A DNA stretch of 64,000 bases, from assembly GCA_041658625.1 (NCBI GenBank), contig JBAZZW010000001.1, forward strand, positions 761,760-825,759, given 5' to 3'. The translations under genes were made by a program, and so were the position numbers. This DNA is from Actinomycetota bacterium (lineage in GTDB: Bacteria; Actinomycetota; JAHEXW01). Positions 52,304 through 62,331 of this stretch are shown here, piece by piece. Position 1 is the first letter of the stretch. Every line of letters begins with the position of its first letter. The notes beneath the pieces are model-generated. The model was not told the DNA's origin and did no database searches. It was given only the letters and a program-made list of their open reading frames with translations.

Positions 52304-52672
52304 ATGGTGAAAAAGACCTTGGCGGTTATCGGTCTGCTGGCAATCGTCGGAACGATTATCGCGGTTGCCGCGATAATGTTCTGGCCTAGCGGCGGCAACG
52401 CGGCCGAGAAGGCGCTGGCGCAGTCGTCACTGCGAAATGTCATCTCCGCGGCCGAGATATACCGGGAGGAGCATGACAACGTCTACGAGGGTCTGACCGC
52501 AGCGAAGATACAGAATACGGTCAGTGAGAAGGTCGTTGACGGGATGCCTAAAGCCGGGCAAGTGGGCATAATGGATTATAATTCGGACCAGCTGGTTCTT
52601 TTATTTGTAGGGCAAAGCGGCAGCGAGTACAAGGTGACAGTGAAATCAGGCTCTATTGAATGGGATTTCTAG
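52304..52672 (+). CDS. hypothetical membrane-anchored protein, pilin-like architecture
   Basis: N-terminal TM, then AEKALAQSSLRNVISAAEIYREEHDNVYEGLTAAKI. Resembles 41752-42258. Confidence 0.45.
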   Translation: MVKKTLAVIGLLAIVGTIIAVAAIMFWPSGGNAAEKALAQSSLRNVISAAEIYREEHDNVYEGLTAAKIQNTVSEKVVDGMPKAGQVGIMDYNSDQLVLLFVGQSGSEYKVTVKSGSIEWDF

Positions 52673-52713
52673 CCATTAAAAGTATACGTGCGATATTGTA
52701 GAAAGGAGGCCGG

Positions 52714-53451
52714 ATGGCTGACAAGCCGGTAGGGGAAACTCCTGTTAAGAAAGTTGAACGGAAACGAAATATTTGGATGGCGTTGGCAATCGCGGCCGGT
52801 GTAATTGTTTTCTTCATGGTGATTGTCGGCCTGGTCGCTGTCAGGTTGAATTCTAAGTCGACGGACCAGAGCCAAACGGCCACGACGACCACGAAAAAAA
52901 GCACCACAACCACGGATGATACCAACATTAATCAGAAATCGACGCCTAGCATCACCCAATCCGCGGAGGATGCGGAGAAGTATAAGGGTTGGCAGACTTA
53001 TGAAAATCAGTCATGGAGGGTGTTCGTTCGGTTCCCGGCCGGGTGGACAAAAACAGAGACTTCCGGAAGCTTAAACGTCGTTTTCCTAGGTCCGCCGACG
53101 GCCGGAGGCGTTATTCTGAACGAGTGCGTTTTCGGCATCTTTGTCAAGGAAGTCCCGGCCGGTACGACGCTGGACTCATATGTCCACACAGCCCAGACGC
53201 AGCCTATGGGTGGCGGAACCGTTGCGGAGCAAATGGAGACCTCGGTTGGCGAAAGCCCGGCGGTAAAAATCATGGATACGTATTCCGATGTGGGCGCTCC
53301 CTGGAAGAGGCTAAGAATTTGGACCATAAAGAACGGGCGGGCTTACACTTTTTCTTATACCGCCAGCATCAACTATGGCGGAACGGATTATTACACTCTG
53401 CATTCGGCGACCGCCGATATGATTCTGGCCTCGGTGATTATTCCCGATTAG
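52714..53451 (+). CDS. hypothetical membrane-anchored extracytoplasmic protein
   Basis: TM helix, Thr-rich linker (TATTTTKKSTTTTDD), then a globular domain. No family recognised. Confidence 0.5.
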   Translation: MADKPVGETPVKKVERKRNIWMALAIAAGVIVFFMVIVGLVAVRLNSKSTDQSQTATTTTKKSTTTTDDTNINQKSTPSITQSAEDAEKYKGWQTYENQSWRVFVRFPAGWTKTETSGSLNVVFLGPPTAGGVILNECVFGIFVKEVPAGTTLDSYVHTAQTQPMGGGTVAEQMETSVGESPAVKIMDTYSDVGAPWKRLRIWTIKNGRAYTFSYTASINYGGTDYYTLHSATADMILASVIIPD

Positions 53452-54038
53452 TGGTGCGGCGGCAGATCCTTGGCCGCGTGACTAACGGTCTCACTTATCC
53501 GCTTGGCCCGGGTATCCTCGCGTTTTGCGGTGTCTATCCACCGAAGTATCATCTTCTTAGTCGAATCGGTAAAGCCGTCGAAATTCTCTCGCGCGGCCGG
53601 ATTAGCGTTTAAAGCCTCGTTTAGATCGTCCGGGATGTCCAGGTTATCGATAGGGACGAGCGACGTCCAAGCCCCGTTTGCCTGGGCGATTTTGACTGCT
53701 TTCTGTCCGGCCGGTGCCATCAATCCCTGGCGCTCCAGCCTGGCAACGCGGTTACGGTTGTTCTGCGACCAGATACTGGTCGGTTTGCGGCCGGAGAACC
53801 AGAGCTTAAATCTTTCCTTATCAATCGGGTGAAGCCGGCTATCTATCCAGCCGAAACATATCGCCTCTTCAACCGCGTCTTCCAAAAGAAGACGGGGTGA
53901 GCGGCTCTCTTTTTTGTGTATTACGACCCACGTGCCCAATGACGAGGCGTGGTTTTTGTCCAGCCACGCACGCCAGGTAGCACGGTCCTTGGGGTCTAGG
54001 GGTTCCTCGGTGTCTTTAGAAAAAGAACTAACAATCAT
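53448..54038 (-). CDS. YdeI/OmdA family protein
   Basis: WRAWLDKNHASSLGTWVVIHKK, EEAICFGWIDS, and C-terminal ILRWIDTAKREDTRAKRI. Confidence 0.8.
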   Translation of the reverse strand: MIVSSFSKDTEEPLDPKDRATWRAWLDKNHASSLGTWVVIHKKESRSPRLLLEDAVEEAICFGWIDSRLHPIDKERFKLWFSGRKPTSIWSQNNRNRVARLERQGLMAPAGQKAVKIAQANGAWTSLVPIDNLDIPDDLNEALNANPAARENFDGFTDSTKKMILRWIDTAKREDTRAKRISETVSHAAKDLPPHH

Positions 54039-54075
54039 ATTAGTATTCTAGCATCTTCAAGTAACAACATGGCGG

Positions 54076-54903
54076 TTAAGTCGAAATTAATTCAGTGTTC
54101 TCGGTCAGTTTGTAGACCGCCGCCATAGACAACAGGCCGTAAGCACCCAGCCACATCGCGATGATGATCTGGGTGGGCAAGTTGACCGGATCGTAGATGC
54201 CGGCCGGTTTAAACAGGCTGTAACTTAAGTCGGCGATTGTGAAGACCGACAAACCGAGCACGAGCAGTGCTTCCCATAGTCTATTGAAGTGGGTTCTGTG
54301 GACCAGGATTATCACCGATAGCCCGGCCACAACACACACGTCGAGGGCCGTGTACAAGTAATTTACAAACAAGGAAAAGTCTACGCCCGGCGTTCGCACT
54401 ATGCTGGCGGCGACGCCGTGCGGTAGGAATATGGCCATAACTACGCTGATTATAATAGACACGACTATAACCGCAAACGGGTAGAATTTTACCCACTTGA
54501 ATCTCAGGCCCGGTTTCTCGGTGGCGCGGCCGAGTGAAACCACGAGAGCGACCAGGAACACATAAGAGGTTAGGTAGAAGATATCCGGGACGCAAAAAAC
54601 TCTTTTAGGTCCGAACATGCCGGTAAGCTCGCAGATACGGAGAGACAAGTCGCCGATTGCCCACAACGCGCCCGCTGATGCTATCAGAATCCAGACTTTC
54701 TTGTCGTGACCACGGGATTTGACAGCGGCGACGATTAAGACGGTAACCGTTACAACACCCATTATAAAATAGAAAACATCCCGTACAGGTTCAGCATAGG
54801 CTGTGTTTACGAAAGCGGAAGTCAGCAGGAAGATTGTGATGAAAAAAAACAGACCGAGCCAGGCGGCGAGAACGATTCGCTGATTCCGCTTTTTGCTGTT
54901 CAT
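54076..54903 (-). CDS. hypothetical polytopic membrane protein
   Basis: About 8 TM helices. ATG at 54903 or 54921 is preferred over the tracked 55050, which would overlap the divergent gene. Confidence 0.5.
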   Translation of the reverse strand: MNSKKRNQRIVLAAWLGLFFFITIFLLTSAFVNTAYAEPVRDVFYFIMGVVTVTVLIVAAVKSRGHDKKVWILIASAGALWAIGDLSLRICELTGMFGPKRVFCVPDIFYLTSYVFLVALVVSLGRATEKPGLRFKWVKFYPFAVIVVSIIISVVMAIFLPHGVAASIVRTPGVDFSLFVNYLYTALDVCVVAGLSVIILVHRTHFNRLWEALLVLGLSVFTIADLSYSLFKPAGIYDPVNLPTQIIIAMWLGAYGLLSMAAVYKLTENTELIST

Positions 54904-54943
54904 ATCATGAACAGTATACATTTTTATATCATATAATAGAACG

Positions 54944-56341
54944 ATGTCTAGAAAACCATACCTGAGATGGACCTTAACCTTGGCCGGGGTGGCCGCGCCG
55001 ATTGTGTTGGTGACATATCTGTCCAGCCAGCACGGCATGATGGATGTCATCAGGGATTACCTGCCGCTCAAACGCAATATGTACATTTTGCTGGGTACCA
55101 GCTTGCTCGCGTTAATCGCGCTGTGCGCGGACATTCTTGAAAGACGCAGCCGGGGGCTGGCGGCCGCGATATCGGGCTCGTTGACCTGGGCCATGATAGT
55201 TGTCTCTTTCACGCTGTGCGCCGCTTTCGCCGCTTATATTTTTACCCCCGCGTTCAACGGCTCTGGTGATACGCCGCCTCAATTAATGATGATAGAGTCC
55301 CAAGCGCCTAAAGGGATGCCGGGATTGGCCGTGGTGTTTTACACTGACAAACCGACCGGGAATACGATTGTCTGGGGCGAGGTCGGGGGCAAGTTGTTTT
55401 CGACCAGGGAAAAAATCGCGTCAAATAAGCACTGGTTTCGCTTAGACGGTTTACAGCCGGATAATGAATATATGTACGCGGTGAACAGCCAGAAACCGGT
55501 CTGGTTCAGAACGCCCCCAAACGACGGACAACCGATCTGGTTTGCCGCGGGCGGCGATGTTCATTTCGGGAACAAAACAAGTAATCCGGCCGCCACCAAG
55601 GCGCTCTTGGCGCAAATTGCCAAACCGACCAACGGGTACGACGCTTTTTTCCTTCTCGGTGATATGGTTCAACTTGGTATCAACGACTCCATCTGGCGGG
55701 AAACCGCGCGGCAGTTCGCGCCGTACACCCGGTCTATTCCGACGGTCGTACTACCGGGTAATCACGATACGATGCTGGGCGGATTGCCGTTGTTTGAGAA
55801 ATATCAGAAACCGCCAGGCCAAAGCGGCCAAGATTTATGGCAACGGATTGATATAGGAAACACCCATTTCCTGCTGCTGGACCTGGAATGGGAGCTGCAG
55901 ACGTATACCGTCGAGGAAAAGACTTGGCTAATTGACGAACTGGAGACCATCCCGAAAGATGACTGGACAATCGTTATGAGCCACACGTTCTACTATTCCT
56001 CCGGCGCCATTGAGGACGGCTGGCCTTGGTATGACAACAAATCGGTTATCAAGGAGTTGACGCCGGTCTTTGAAAAATACGGCGTCGATATCGTGATGTC
56101 AGGCCACAAACACGACAACGAGCTGTTGAAAAAGAACGGTGTGACTTATGTTGTCTCGGGCGCGTTGGGGGGCGAGCCGCATAAACTGCTGACCTATAGG
56201 TCGCTGGCCAGCGTATGGCTGAAAACCGGCGCTTACGCTTTTGCCGACGTCACGATCAACGGCAATCTGGCGACGATATCTTTCATCGACCAAAACGGAA
56301 AGTCGTTGTACCGGACAACGATAAAAAAGCAGACGCCATAA
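54944..56341 (+). CDS. membrane-anchored metallophosphoesterase (purple-acid-phosphatase-like)
   Basis: N-terminal TM helices. GGDVHFGN, LLGDMV, LPGNHD, MSHTFYY and SGHKHDNE motifs. Confidence 0.8.
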   Translation: MSRKPYLRWTLTLAGVAAPIVLVTYLSSQHGMMDVIRDYLPLKRNMYILLGTSLLALIALCADILERRSRGLAAAISGSLTWAMIVVSFTLCAAFAAYIFTPAFNGSGDTPPQLMMIESQAPKGMPGLAVVFYTDKPTGNTIVWGEVGGKLFSTREKIASNKHWFRLDGLQPDNEYMYAVNSQKPVWFRTPPNDGQPIWFAAGGDVHFGNKTSNPAATKALLAQIAKPTNGYDAFFLLGDMVQLGINDSIWRETARQFAPYTRSIPTVVLPGNHDTMLGGLPLFEKYQKPPGQSGQDLWQRIDIGNTHFLLLDLEWELQTYTVEEKTWLIDELETIPKDDWTIVMSHTFYYSSGAIEDGWPWYDNKSVIKELTPVFEKYGVDIVMSGHKHDNELLKKNGVTYVVSGALGGEPHKLLTYRSLASVWLKTGAYAFADVTINGNLATISFIDQNGKSLYRTTIKKQTP

Positions 56342-56400
56342 TATTCCATCTAGCGGCGTGGGCTCCGTATAAGGTAAAATGTCGGCGGGGGTAGCGAATA

Positions 56401-57801
56401 ATGGAGATGCCGGCGGCCCAGCCGCAAACGCAAGTCCAAACTCAAACACAACCGGCGCCGGTCAAACCGCAGGCGCCGAAAAGCCGCCGGGGTTGCGTAA
56501 CCTGTCTGATAATCACCCTTGTCATCCTTCTTCTCTTGACGTGTTGCTGTTCCTGCAGCCTGTTCGGCATGCTCAGCTTGGCCGGCGCCAAAGGCCAACC
56601 GGGAACTATCCTCAAACCTTCCGGCGGCAGCTCCGGGACCAAGATGGAAGCCAGCAGTCTGGCCATTCCGACCGGACTTAAAGCGGCCGCGACCGACGCG
56701 GCCATCAAGCTTGACTGGGATTCGATCAGCGACGCCAAGAACATTCGCATCTACCGGAGCGAAAAGCCGGGCCAGGGTTTTACCAAGCTTGATAAGGTCG
56801 AGAGCCCCGCTTCCAACTATAAAGACGGAACCGCGAAAAAGGGCACGACATATTACTACGTAATTACGGCTCTCGCGTCATCCGGAGCGGAAAGCGCCAA
56901 CTCGGCTCAAGTCGCCGCCGTTATAGATGTCGCGCCGTTGGTGCCCAAGGGCATTTACTCCTGGAAGGACGTCAAAGCCAAAGCCGACGCCGACGCGGAA
57001 TATCTGCGGGTGTTGACCAAAGTAACCGGGATGACTATGAGTGATGTCAATCGCGAGGTGGAGCGGGAGAAGGCCGGCCAGTCGATCAAGGTCACACTGC
57101 TAAAGGGAACAATTATCACCAACACGATGGAAGACTACCGCATCGTGCCGAATTTCACTCTGACCTATGACCGCGAAGCATTATGCGACGCTAACGAGAT
57201 CCCGCGCGTCTTGACGAAGTGCGGCAACCCGATGAAGACGCAGGCGCCGGTAACCCCGACCGCCGTTTTGATTCAACAGGTCCAGATCTTCATCACGAAT
57301 GTCGTGATGATTTTCCCGCCGAATGTAACCAACGTCTTGATTAACACCGGTCAGTCAGCCAATAACGTGATGGTAGCTGTTATCCCGACAGTCATCCTCG
57401 TCGATTTCGGCCCGGATTTCAGTCCGCCGCCGCCGACTGTGTTCGTCGACCCGGCCACGTTCGGGGATGACCTGTATGATCCGGAGACGGACATCAATCT
57501 AGAAGAAGGCCAGCAGTGGATAAACGAAGGCAAACTGCTGATTACGGCCAATCCGCCCGATCCCGCCCCGAGTCAAAGCGTCACCATGACGGTTAGAATA
57601 TTTCCAGCTGAAGCCGGCGTTATGATGGATTACAGCATGGTCGGAACCGACGGTTACAGCACGTCAGGAACGGGGACAACCGATAAGAACGGAGAGTTTT
57701 CGTTTACCATCCCGGGCGGCGGAGCCGAGGTTCACGATACGGTTACGGTAACTGTTCCGTCCAAGAGCAACCTTGGCGGGACGGTCGAATACACCTTCTG
57801 A
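56401..57801 (+). CDS. membrane-anchored surface protein with FN3-like domain
   Basis: Cys-rich TM segment (LLLLTCCCSCSLFG). IKLDWDSISDAKNIRIYRSEKPG...GTTYYYVITAL is FN3-like. Confidence 0.5.
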   Translation: MEMPAAQPQTQVQTQTQPAPVKPQAPKSRRGCVTCLIITLVILLLLTCCCSCSLFGMLSLAGAKGQPGTILKPSGGSSGTKMEASSLAIPTGLKAAATDAAIKLDWDSISDAKNIRIYRSEKPGQGFTKLDKVESPASNYKDGTAKKGTTYYYVITALASSGAESANSAQVAAVIDVAPLVPKGIYSWKDVKAKADADAEYLRVLTKVTGMTMSDVNREVEREKAGQSIKVTLLKGTIITNTMEDYRIVPNFTLTYDREALCDANEIPRVLTKCGNPMKTQAPVTPTAVLIQQVQIFITNVVMIFPPNVTNVLINTGQSANNVMVAVIPTVILVDFGPDFSPPPPTVFVDPATFGDDLYDPETDINLEEGQQWINEGKLLITANPPDPAPSQSVTMTVRIFPAEAGVMMDYSMVGTDGYSTSGTGTTDKNGEFSFTIPGGGAEVHDTVTVTVPSKSNLGGTVEYTF

Positions 57802-57874
57802 TTTATCCATTCTTCTCACCAAGCCGATATCAATCATGGGCTGTTCTATATTCGACACGAGGGGGCGGGACACT

Positions 57875-58267
57875 ATGAGAATCCACAGACTTTTTATCGT
57901 TCTGGTTTGCGTAGGGCTACTGGCTTTCCTCGGATTGGCTTGTTGCTGCCCGACGGCTTTTCCGGTCGGGCCTTGGTCCGAATCGGTGGGCTCCAACTCT
58001 ACGTCGGTCGCGGTGCCCAAGCTTGATATCACCTATCCCGTCCAGGGAGACGTCACGGATTCGTCACAAATGGAAGTCAGCGGTCTTACCGATTCTGACG
58101 CGAGCCTCTCCGTAAACGGCAAGAGTCTCACGGTTTACTCCGACGGAAGTTTCAAAGGTGTAGTCGAACTGCAGCCGGGAGAGAACAGCCTTATCTTCAC
58201 GGCGATCCGGCCGGGAGGCGATCCCGCCATACGAGAAATAACTGTCACTTCAAACTGTTCCACCTGA
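57875..58267 (+). CDS. hypothetical secreted/anchored protein with Ig-like domain
   Basis: ATG at 57875 follows GAGGGGG. Signal/TM with a CCC motif. LSVNGKSLTVYSDGSFKGVVELQPGENSLIFTA is beta-sandwich-like. Confidence 0.5.
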   Translation: MRIHRLFIVLVCVGLLAFLGLACCCPTAFPVGPWSESVGSNSTSVAVPKLDITYPVQGDVTDSSQMEVSGLTDSDASLSVNGKSLTVYSDGSFKGVVELQPGENSLIFTAIRPGGDPAIREITVTSNCST

Positions 58268-58329
58268 GGCTAGCCGCTGGCTGCCGGTCGGCAGCAAAAT
58301 ATGATAGAATTGACCAATGGTGATTAATA

Positions 58330-58770
58330 TTGACTAAAGACATAATGGACGTCAAAGAAGTAGCGGCTTATATGGGTTTCAGCCCGACCAAGATATACCG
58401 CATGTTAACCTCAGGCGAGATTCCACACATCAAAGTCGGCGGTCAGTATAGATTCCCCAAGGCGGTGATCGACGATTGGCTGGCCGGGAAGCTTGAGGTA
58501 CCGGCAGTCGGTAAGGCTACCAGGGCAACGAAGACTACGAGGACTACACAGTCCGTTGCGGGGAAGGAAGTGCGGGTGGAGGATGAGATTGTCGCCCATT
58601 TAGCCGCCTTTAACAAGACCGGCGCCGCGGCCGAGCGCAAGCAGGCGAAAAAAGTAATGACGCTTAATATGGACAAATTGGACTGGCAATATCTCGCGGG
58701 CAGAGCTCAAGAGGCCGGGGCGTTGGACGAAGCAATCACGGTTGAGAAAGAGATCAACCAAGGCGGCTAA
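58330..58770 (+). CDS. excisionase-family HTH DNA-binding protein
   Basis: MDVKEVAAYMGFSPTKIYRMLTSGEIPHIKVGGQYRFPKAVIDDWL. Start is 58330 (TTG) or 58345 (ATG). Confidence 0.7.
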   Translation: MTKDIMDVKEVAAYMGFSPTKIYRMLTSGEIPHIKVGGQYRFPKAVIDDWLAGKLEVPAVGKATRATKTTRTTQSVAGKEVRVEDEIVAHLAAFNKTGAAAERKQAKKVMTLNMDKLDWQYLAGRAQEAGALDEAITVEKEINQGG

Positions 58771-58782
58771 GCCCGAAGGCCG

Positions 58783-59538
58783 CTAAGAGATTTGACCGCC
58801 AGCCTGACCTGTGTTGCTGACAGTACCGGTGGAAACAAGAAGTACCCAGGCCAGACAGAAAAATGCAATCCCCAAGACGGTTAACGCAATCCCCGCGATA
58901 GCCCACTTTCTTTGGACTTCCTGGAATTCCTGGATGCTGTCCCAGCGTTTGTTTTTCCACGCCCATTCGTTCCCTTTTATCAGGAGTACCCAGGGCATGA
59001 CATAGTAGCCGCCGGGAACGAAGACAAGAAACGAAAGCCAGACGCGGTTACCGATACCCCAAATCCAGGTCATTAAGAACGCGCCCCAGTTGACGCCCTC
59101 CAATTCTGCCGGTAGGGATGACATCGAGCCCTGCCCTGAGTTGTCGGCGAACATACCCTCCACAGGAATGTCTCCGGGATAGGTGCCGGAGGGCACAGAA
59201 CGCTCCAAGGTTCGGCCGCTTCGCGCGGCCTGATCCGGCATTTGGGAGCCGCGCGCGGCCATAGAAGAGACAGGATGCCCCCGGTCGCAGCGTCCGTTGG
59301 CGTCCAGATAGACGAATTTCTTACACTCTGTGCAGAAGGCGGCGCCCTCCTTGGAGGCTTTGGTTTTGTCAACGGGCGCCGAGGCCGCGGCTTGATCCGG
59401 TGCGGACGGCTGTTCAGAGGGGGCGGCAGGAAGCTCGGCCGGCTCGGCGGGCGAGTCCGGAACCTTAGCCAGTTTGCCGCATAAGGTGCAGATTTCTTCG
59501 CGGTCCGATAGCTCGGCGCCGCAGTGCACGCAATTCAA
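58783..59538 (-). CDS. zinc-ribbon protein with C-terminal membrane domain
   Basis: TTG at 59538 is preceded by AAGGAGG. N-terminus NCVHCGAEL...CTLCG, second knuckle CTECKK...CDRGH. C-terminal TM helices ([14 protein letters not shown]...). The tracked ORF extends antisense into purM. Confidence 0.55.
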   Translation of the reverse strand: MNCVHCGAELSDREEICTLCGKLAKVPDSPAEPAELPAAPSEQPSAPDQAAASAPVDKTKASKEGAAFCTECKKFVYLDANGRCDRGHPVSSMAARGSQMPDQAARSGRTLERSVPSGTYPGDIPVEGMFADNSGQGSMSSLPAELEGVNWGAFLMTWIWGIGNRVWLSFLVFVPGGYYVMPWVLLIKGNEWAWKNKRWDSIQEFQEVQRKWAIAGIALTVLGIAFFCLAWVLLVSTGTVSNTGQAGGQIS

Positions 59539-59610
59539 ATATGCCTCCTTAATGTACAGTGCTCTGATGTGTATAATACAGGTATCCAGTCTGCCCCTCA
59601 AGGAGGCAAC

Positions 59611-60618
59611 GTGCCTGAAGATTCCTGGGCCTACAAGGATGCGGGCGTCGATATCGAAGCCGGCGCCGCTGCCGTTGACGTCATCAAAGAACTGGTCAAG
59701 AAAACAAGCCGACCTGGCGTCGTTGGCGGCATAGGCGGATTCGGCGGACTTTTCAGGTTGGAACCGGACCGTTACGACGACCCCCTGCTCGTATCCTCGA
59801 CCGACGGAGTCGGGACTAAGGTCAAAATCGCCCAGGAAGCCGGCGTGCATGACACTATCGGCATCGACTTGGTGGCGATGTGCGTCAACGATATCGTGGT
59901 CATGGGGGCGGAGCCATTGTTCTTCCTCGACTACATAGCTTGCGGCAAGCTTGAAGTTTCCCTGGTAACGGCGTTGGTCAAAGGAATCAGTGACGGATGC
60001 GTCGAAGCCGGCTGCGCGCTTCTGGGCGGCGAGACGGCCGAGATGCCCGACATGTATAAAGTAGGCGAGTATGATCTGGCAGGATTTACGGTCGGCGTGG
60101 TTGAGAAAAGTAAGGTCATTGACGGATCGGCTATCACCGATGGCGACGTAATCATAGGGTTGCCCTCATCCGGTATTCATAGTAACGGATATTCGCTGGT
60201 CAGAAAGTTGCTGCCAGAACCCGACCCGGCGCTTCAGAAACAGTTGTTAACCCCGACCAGAATTTACGTCAAACAGATTCTGGAATTAGTAAGAGAAACG
60301 ACAGTCCATGGTATCGCCCATATAACAGGCGGCGGCTTAGTCGACAACGTAGCCAGGCTTCTACCGGAAGGAACCGCGGCGGTTTTAAACACAGATGCCT
60401 GGAAGACGCCGGAACTCTTTGCTATGCTCCAAAGACAGGGCAACGTCAAACGGACAGAGATGTTCACGGTCTTTAACATGGGCATCGGTATGGCCATAAT
60501 ACTGCCAGTTCAAGAGGCAGAAAAGGCGGGAAGGTTACTGCAAGCCCTGGGCGAGGAATATTTTGTGATCGGACAAATTGCCAAAGGCCGCGGAAACGTA
60601 GTTCTGGGGGGTTCTTAA
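59611..60618 (+). CDS. purM: phosphoribosylformylglycinamidine cyclo-ligase (AIR synthetase)
   Basis: [17 protein letters not shown] and GGETAEMP motifs. GTG at 59611 follows AAGGAGG. Confidence 0.95.
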   Translation: MPEDSWAYKDAGVDIEAGAAAVDVIKELVKKTSRPGVVGGIGGFGGLFRLEPDRYDDPLLVSSTDGVGTKVKIAQEAGVHDTIGIDLVAMCVNDIVVMGAEPLFFLDYIACGKLEVSLVTALVKGISDGCVEAGCALLGGETAEMPDMYKVGEYDLAGFTVGVVEKSKVIDGSAITDGDVIIGLPSSGIHSNGYSLVRKLLPEPDPALQKQLLTPTRIYVKQILELVRETTVHGIAHITGGGLVDNVARLLPEGTAAVLNTDAWKTPELFAMLQRQGNVKRTEMFTVFNMGIGMAIILPVQEAEKAGRLLQALGEEYFVIGQIAKGRGNVVLGGS

Positions 60619-60619
60619 G

Positions 60620-61585
60620 GTGTTCGATTTCATCGGTTTCGGCGCTTTGAACGTAGACCTGATTTATGTAGTCGACGACCTAAGCAACATAAAGGTCTGC
60701 GGCCGTGACTGCGAACCGGGGGGCGAGGTCTTCTGCAACATAGGTGAATTCAACGACGTTCAGCAGCTCTTGAAAACCCACGGCAAGTTTGTGAGCCGCA
60801 GCCCCGGCGGAAGCGCCGCCAACACCGCCGTTGCCATGAGCCGGCTCGGCTATAAAGCCGGTTATATCGGCCAGGTGGGCGAGGATGAAAACGGTGACTT
60901 CCTCCTGGAAAACATGGCCGGCGTCGACACTTCGCGGATTAAACGGGGCGGTGAGGCGGGCGTAACGATCGTTTTATTGGACCCGAACGGCGAGCGGACA
61001 ATCATCGTTCTACCAAACGCCAACGACGATTTCTCTTACGCCGATATCGATACGAACTATGCGGCGGACACAAAATTTCTTCACTTGACCTCGTTTGCGG
61101 GTGAGACGCCGACGGAAGCTCAGATTAAGTTGGCTCAAGCGCTTGGCAACGGCGTCAAAATAAGCTTTGACCCGGGCGAGATCCACACCCAAAAGGGTTT
61201 AGTGAAGATGATGCCTGTCTTTAAGAAAAGCCACACCGTGTTTATCACGGACCGTGAGGTAAGGTTGTTGACCGGCGAGGACTATGTCGACGGGACTCAC
61301 GAGATCCTGAATTACGGACCCGAGGTTGTTGTCTGCAAGCTGGGGAAAATCGGCTCATATGTTCTTACGCGCAAAGAGGAATTCGGGGTGCCCGCCGAAG
61401 AGGTTAAGGCGATTGACAAGACCGGCGCGGGTGACGTCTACGCGGCCGGCTTCATCGGCGGGATGATCAAGAAATTGCCGCTGATGCAGTGCGCTCAACT
61501 GGGCAATAAGGCCGCGGCTACAAGTATAACCGGTTGGGGTCGTGAGAACTATCCCGATCAGTCGCTTTTCTCCGGAGTCGGGTGA
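60620..61585 (+). CDS. PfkB-family carbohydrate/nucleoside kinase
   Basis: GGSAANTAVA N-terminal motif and DKTGAGDVYAAGF C-terminal PfkB signature. Confidence 0.85.
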   Translation: MFDFIGFGALNVDLIYVVDDLSNIKVCGRDCEPGGEVFCNIGEFNDVQQLLKTHGKFVSRSPGGSAANTAVAMSRLGYKAGYIGQVGEDENGDFLLENMAGVDTSRIKRGGEAGVTIVLLDPNGERTIIVLPNANDDFSYADIDTNYAADTKFLHLTSFAGETPTEAQIKLAQALGNGVKISFDPGEIHTQKGLVKMMPVFKKSHTVFITDREVRLLTGEDYVDGTHEILNYGPEVVVCKLGKIGSYVLTRKEEFGVPAEEVKAIDKTGAGDVYAAGFIGGMIKKLPLMQCAQLGNKAAATSITGWGRENYPDQSLFSGVG

Positions 61586-62331
61586 TGACGCTTAAACTGG
61601 GTTGGTTTTCCACCGGTCGGGACCGGGTGGCGCTCGACCTTTTTGAAATCGTCTACGAGGCCATAGCGGATGGGACTATCGATGCCGAGATGGCCTTTTG
61701 CTTTTGCAATCGCGACAACGGCGAAGCCCCGGAAAGCGACGAGTTTATCGCGACGGGCCTGGGCCACGGTGTTCCGGTAATCGCGATGAGTTCGGACGCG
61801 TTTGAGCCGGCGCGCCGCATGGAGGGCAGGCAAGACGTGGCTACACTAGAGGCCTGGCGGCTGGATTACGACCGCGCTGTTATGCACGCGATAGACGGAC
61901 GGTCGGCCGACATCGTCGTCTTGGCCGGATATATGCTGATTGTCGGTCCTGAGATGTGCGTCCGCTACAACATGGTCAACCTACATCCGGCCTTGCCGGA
62001 CGGGCCGACAGGCACTTGGCAGCAGGTAATAAACCAGTTACTGGAGACCGGAGCCCGGGAAACCGGAGCAATGATGCACCTGGTGACGACGGAGCTGGAC
62101 CGAGGACCGGCGATCGCGTATTTCAAAATACCGGTCCGCGGCGGGTTCGACCAGATCCGCCACGACGGCGTAATCAGGGAGTTGCCATTGCTCCTGCTAA
62201 CCCTCAAGGAATTCGCGGACGGCCATCTACAGATAAGGGAAGGAAAGATTTATGCCGGCGGACAAGAACTCAAGACAGGCTATGACCTGACCGGCAAGGT
62301 AGAGGCTTGGCTTGAAAGTGAGACGAAATGA
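61582..62331 (+). CDS. formyltransferase-family protein (atypical PurN-like GAR transformylase)
   Basis: DIVVLAGYMLIV...NLHPALPDGPTG...HLVTTELDRGP matches the formyl_trans_N catalytic N..H..D layout. Sits in the pur operon. Longer than classical PurN. Confidence 0.65.
   Translation: MMTLKLGWFSTGRDRVALDLFEIVYEAIADGTIDAEMAFCFCNRDNGEAPESDEFIATGLGHGVPVIAMSSDAFEPARRMEGRQDVATLEAWRLDYDRAVMHAIDGRSADIVVLAGYMLIVGPEMCVRYNMVNLHPALPDGPTGTWQQVINQLLETGARETGAMMHLVTTELDRGPAIAYFKIPVRGGFDQIRHDGVIRELPLLLLTLKEFADGHLQIREGKIYAGGQELKTGYDLTGKVEAWLESETK

Noticed and set aside
59539-59850. Upstream extension of the minus-strand zinc-ribbon ORF to 59850, and the plus-strand purM extension from 59524.
   Set aside because: The extensions overlap each other and the real purM coding region. 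Both genes have internal starts with perfect AAGGAGG sites (TTG 59538 on minus, GTG 59611 on plus).
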